From a virus, in the IMG/VR virus record IMGVR_UViG_3300024581_003792, positions 191,006-213,830 of that record: a stretch of DNA of 22,825 bases. One strand, given 5' to 3'. Numbering within the stretch: position 1 is the stretch's first letter; every line of letters begins with the position of its first letter. The notes below the pieces were generated by a model. It saw only the letters and a program-made list of their open reading frames with translations. It searched no databases and had not been told where the DNA came from. The position numbers and the translations under genes are program-made. Shown here one piece after another: positions 22,190-22,825 of this stretch.

Positions 22190-22456
22190 ATGAAACAACC
22201 TATATACGATGGCACAAACGAAGATGAGTGCGAATATTATGATAATGTAATCATGGACTTACCAACATTTGAAGAGTGGACAAAAGACATGGACTTAGAA
22301 TCTCAAATAAAATTCTATTATGATGTTGACATTGATAATTATTTAGGTGATCCTTGGCAAATAGTAGCAGAGATTGCAAGGGAATGTCCTAATTGGTTGG
22401 CAGAGTTTAAAGTTAATTTTAAAGAATATTTACAAGAAAGGGAATACATACAATGA
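22190..22456 (+). CDS. Acidic hypothetical protein
   Basis: ORF at a predicted transcription start; Asp/Glu- and aromatic-rich. Confidence 0.75.
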   Translation: MKQPIYDGTNEDECEYYDNVIMDLPTFEEWTKDMDLESQIKFYYDVDIDNYLGDPWQIVAEIARECPNWLAEFKVNFKEYLQEREYIQ

Positions 22457-22737
22457 AATGGAAAGAATCTACTCAAGGCATGAGTAAAAAACTTAAAGAG
22501 AAATTGCGATTTTTTATCCAAGAACAAATAGAAGAAGTATATAGAAAAGATTCTTCTCGTTTTGAAACTTGCGATCATTATAATTGGGATAAAGATATTT
22601 GGAGATATAGACATTTTATTATTGACTTTTTGAAAGAAAGAGGACTTCGGGTCGATACTCAAATGAATTGGGGAGTATTAGATGTAACAATCACAAAAGA
22701 AAATCGGAACAACTTTGAGGGGCAAATAGAACTATGA
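22453..22737 (+). CDS. Hypothetical protein
   Basis: ATGA overlap with the upstream stop. Confidence 0.72.
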   Translation: MKWKESTQGMSKKLKEKLRFFIQEQIEEVYRKDSSRFETCDHYNWDKDIWRYRHFIIDFLKERGLRVDTQMNWGVLDVTITKENRNNFEGQIEL

Positions 22738-22825
22738 AAGTAACAAGCGTTAGATATTTTGAAACAAACAAAGGAGTTGGTTATCAATGCAAAACTAATA
22801 TTAAAGATGTAGAAATATGCAATGA
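22734..22825 (+). CDS. Hypothetical protein (3'-truncated by window edge)
   Basis: ATGA overlap; MKVTSVRYFETNKGVGYQCKTN... is open to the end of the window. Confidence 0.6.
   Translation, partial: MKVTSVRYFETNKGVGYQCKTNIKDVEICN

Noticed and set aside
4665-22662. Shadow ORFs in the track (e.g. 4665-, 5963-, 8105+, 8542-, 8678+, 8972-, 11633-, 12806-, 14182-, 14491-, 15035+, 16766-, 17689-, 20946+, 21111-, 21522-, 22339-)
   Set aside because: They overlap better-supported genes and have antisense-like composition with no initiation signals.
1-22825. Stop-codon reassignment
   Set aside because: Coding density is high under the standard code, and TAA, TGA and TAG all end genes at sensible junctions.
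1-22825. CRISPR array, integron attC sites or diversity-generating retroelement
   Set aside because: No regularly spaced repeats, attC-like palindromes or reverse transcriptase seen; the 30-nt repeat has two copies and its mismatches are not adenine-specific.

Overview
AT-rich, gene-dense segment that reads as the early/accessory region of a large tailed phage genome (inference: about 65 mostly short, co-oriented + strand ORFs, no housekeeping operons, no rRNA, tRNA or CRISPR seen). Recognisable products are a 5'-truncated ECF-type sigma factor, an HTH-HNH endonuclease, a lipoprotein with a papain-like Cys-His-Glu domain, a ParB/DGQHR-like protein, a RuvB-like AAA+ ATPase with no RuvA in the window, a tiny MazG-like ORF, a PD-(D/E)xK-like nuclease, DUF2452, UvsE, a macrodomain, an AbrB-like protein and a SprT-like metalloprotease. 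The most striking signals are in the DNA itself. (1) About 30 sigma70-type TTGACA-N16/18-(-10) promoters lie on the + strand, many inside the 3' ends of upstream genes, and at least 13 have an ATG 6-8 nt after the -10 box (predicted leaderless mRNAs). (2) A second motif, GTGTA-N9, precedes each small - strand island, back-to-back with a sigma70 promoter. (3) A 30-nt direct repeat brackets one gene like an inserted cassette. (4) ACGT, GGCC, CCGG and CCAG/CTGG are almost totally avoided. All counts are manual, and family assignments come from motif recognition rather than database searches.
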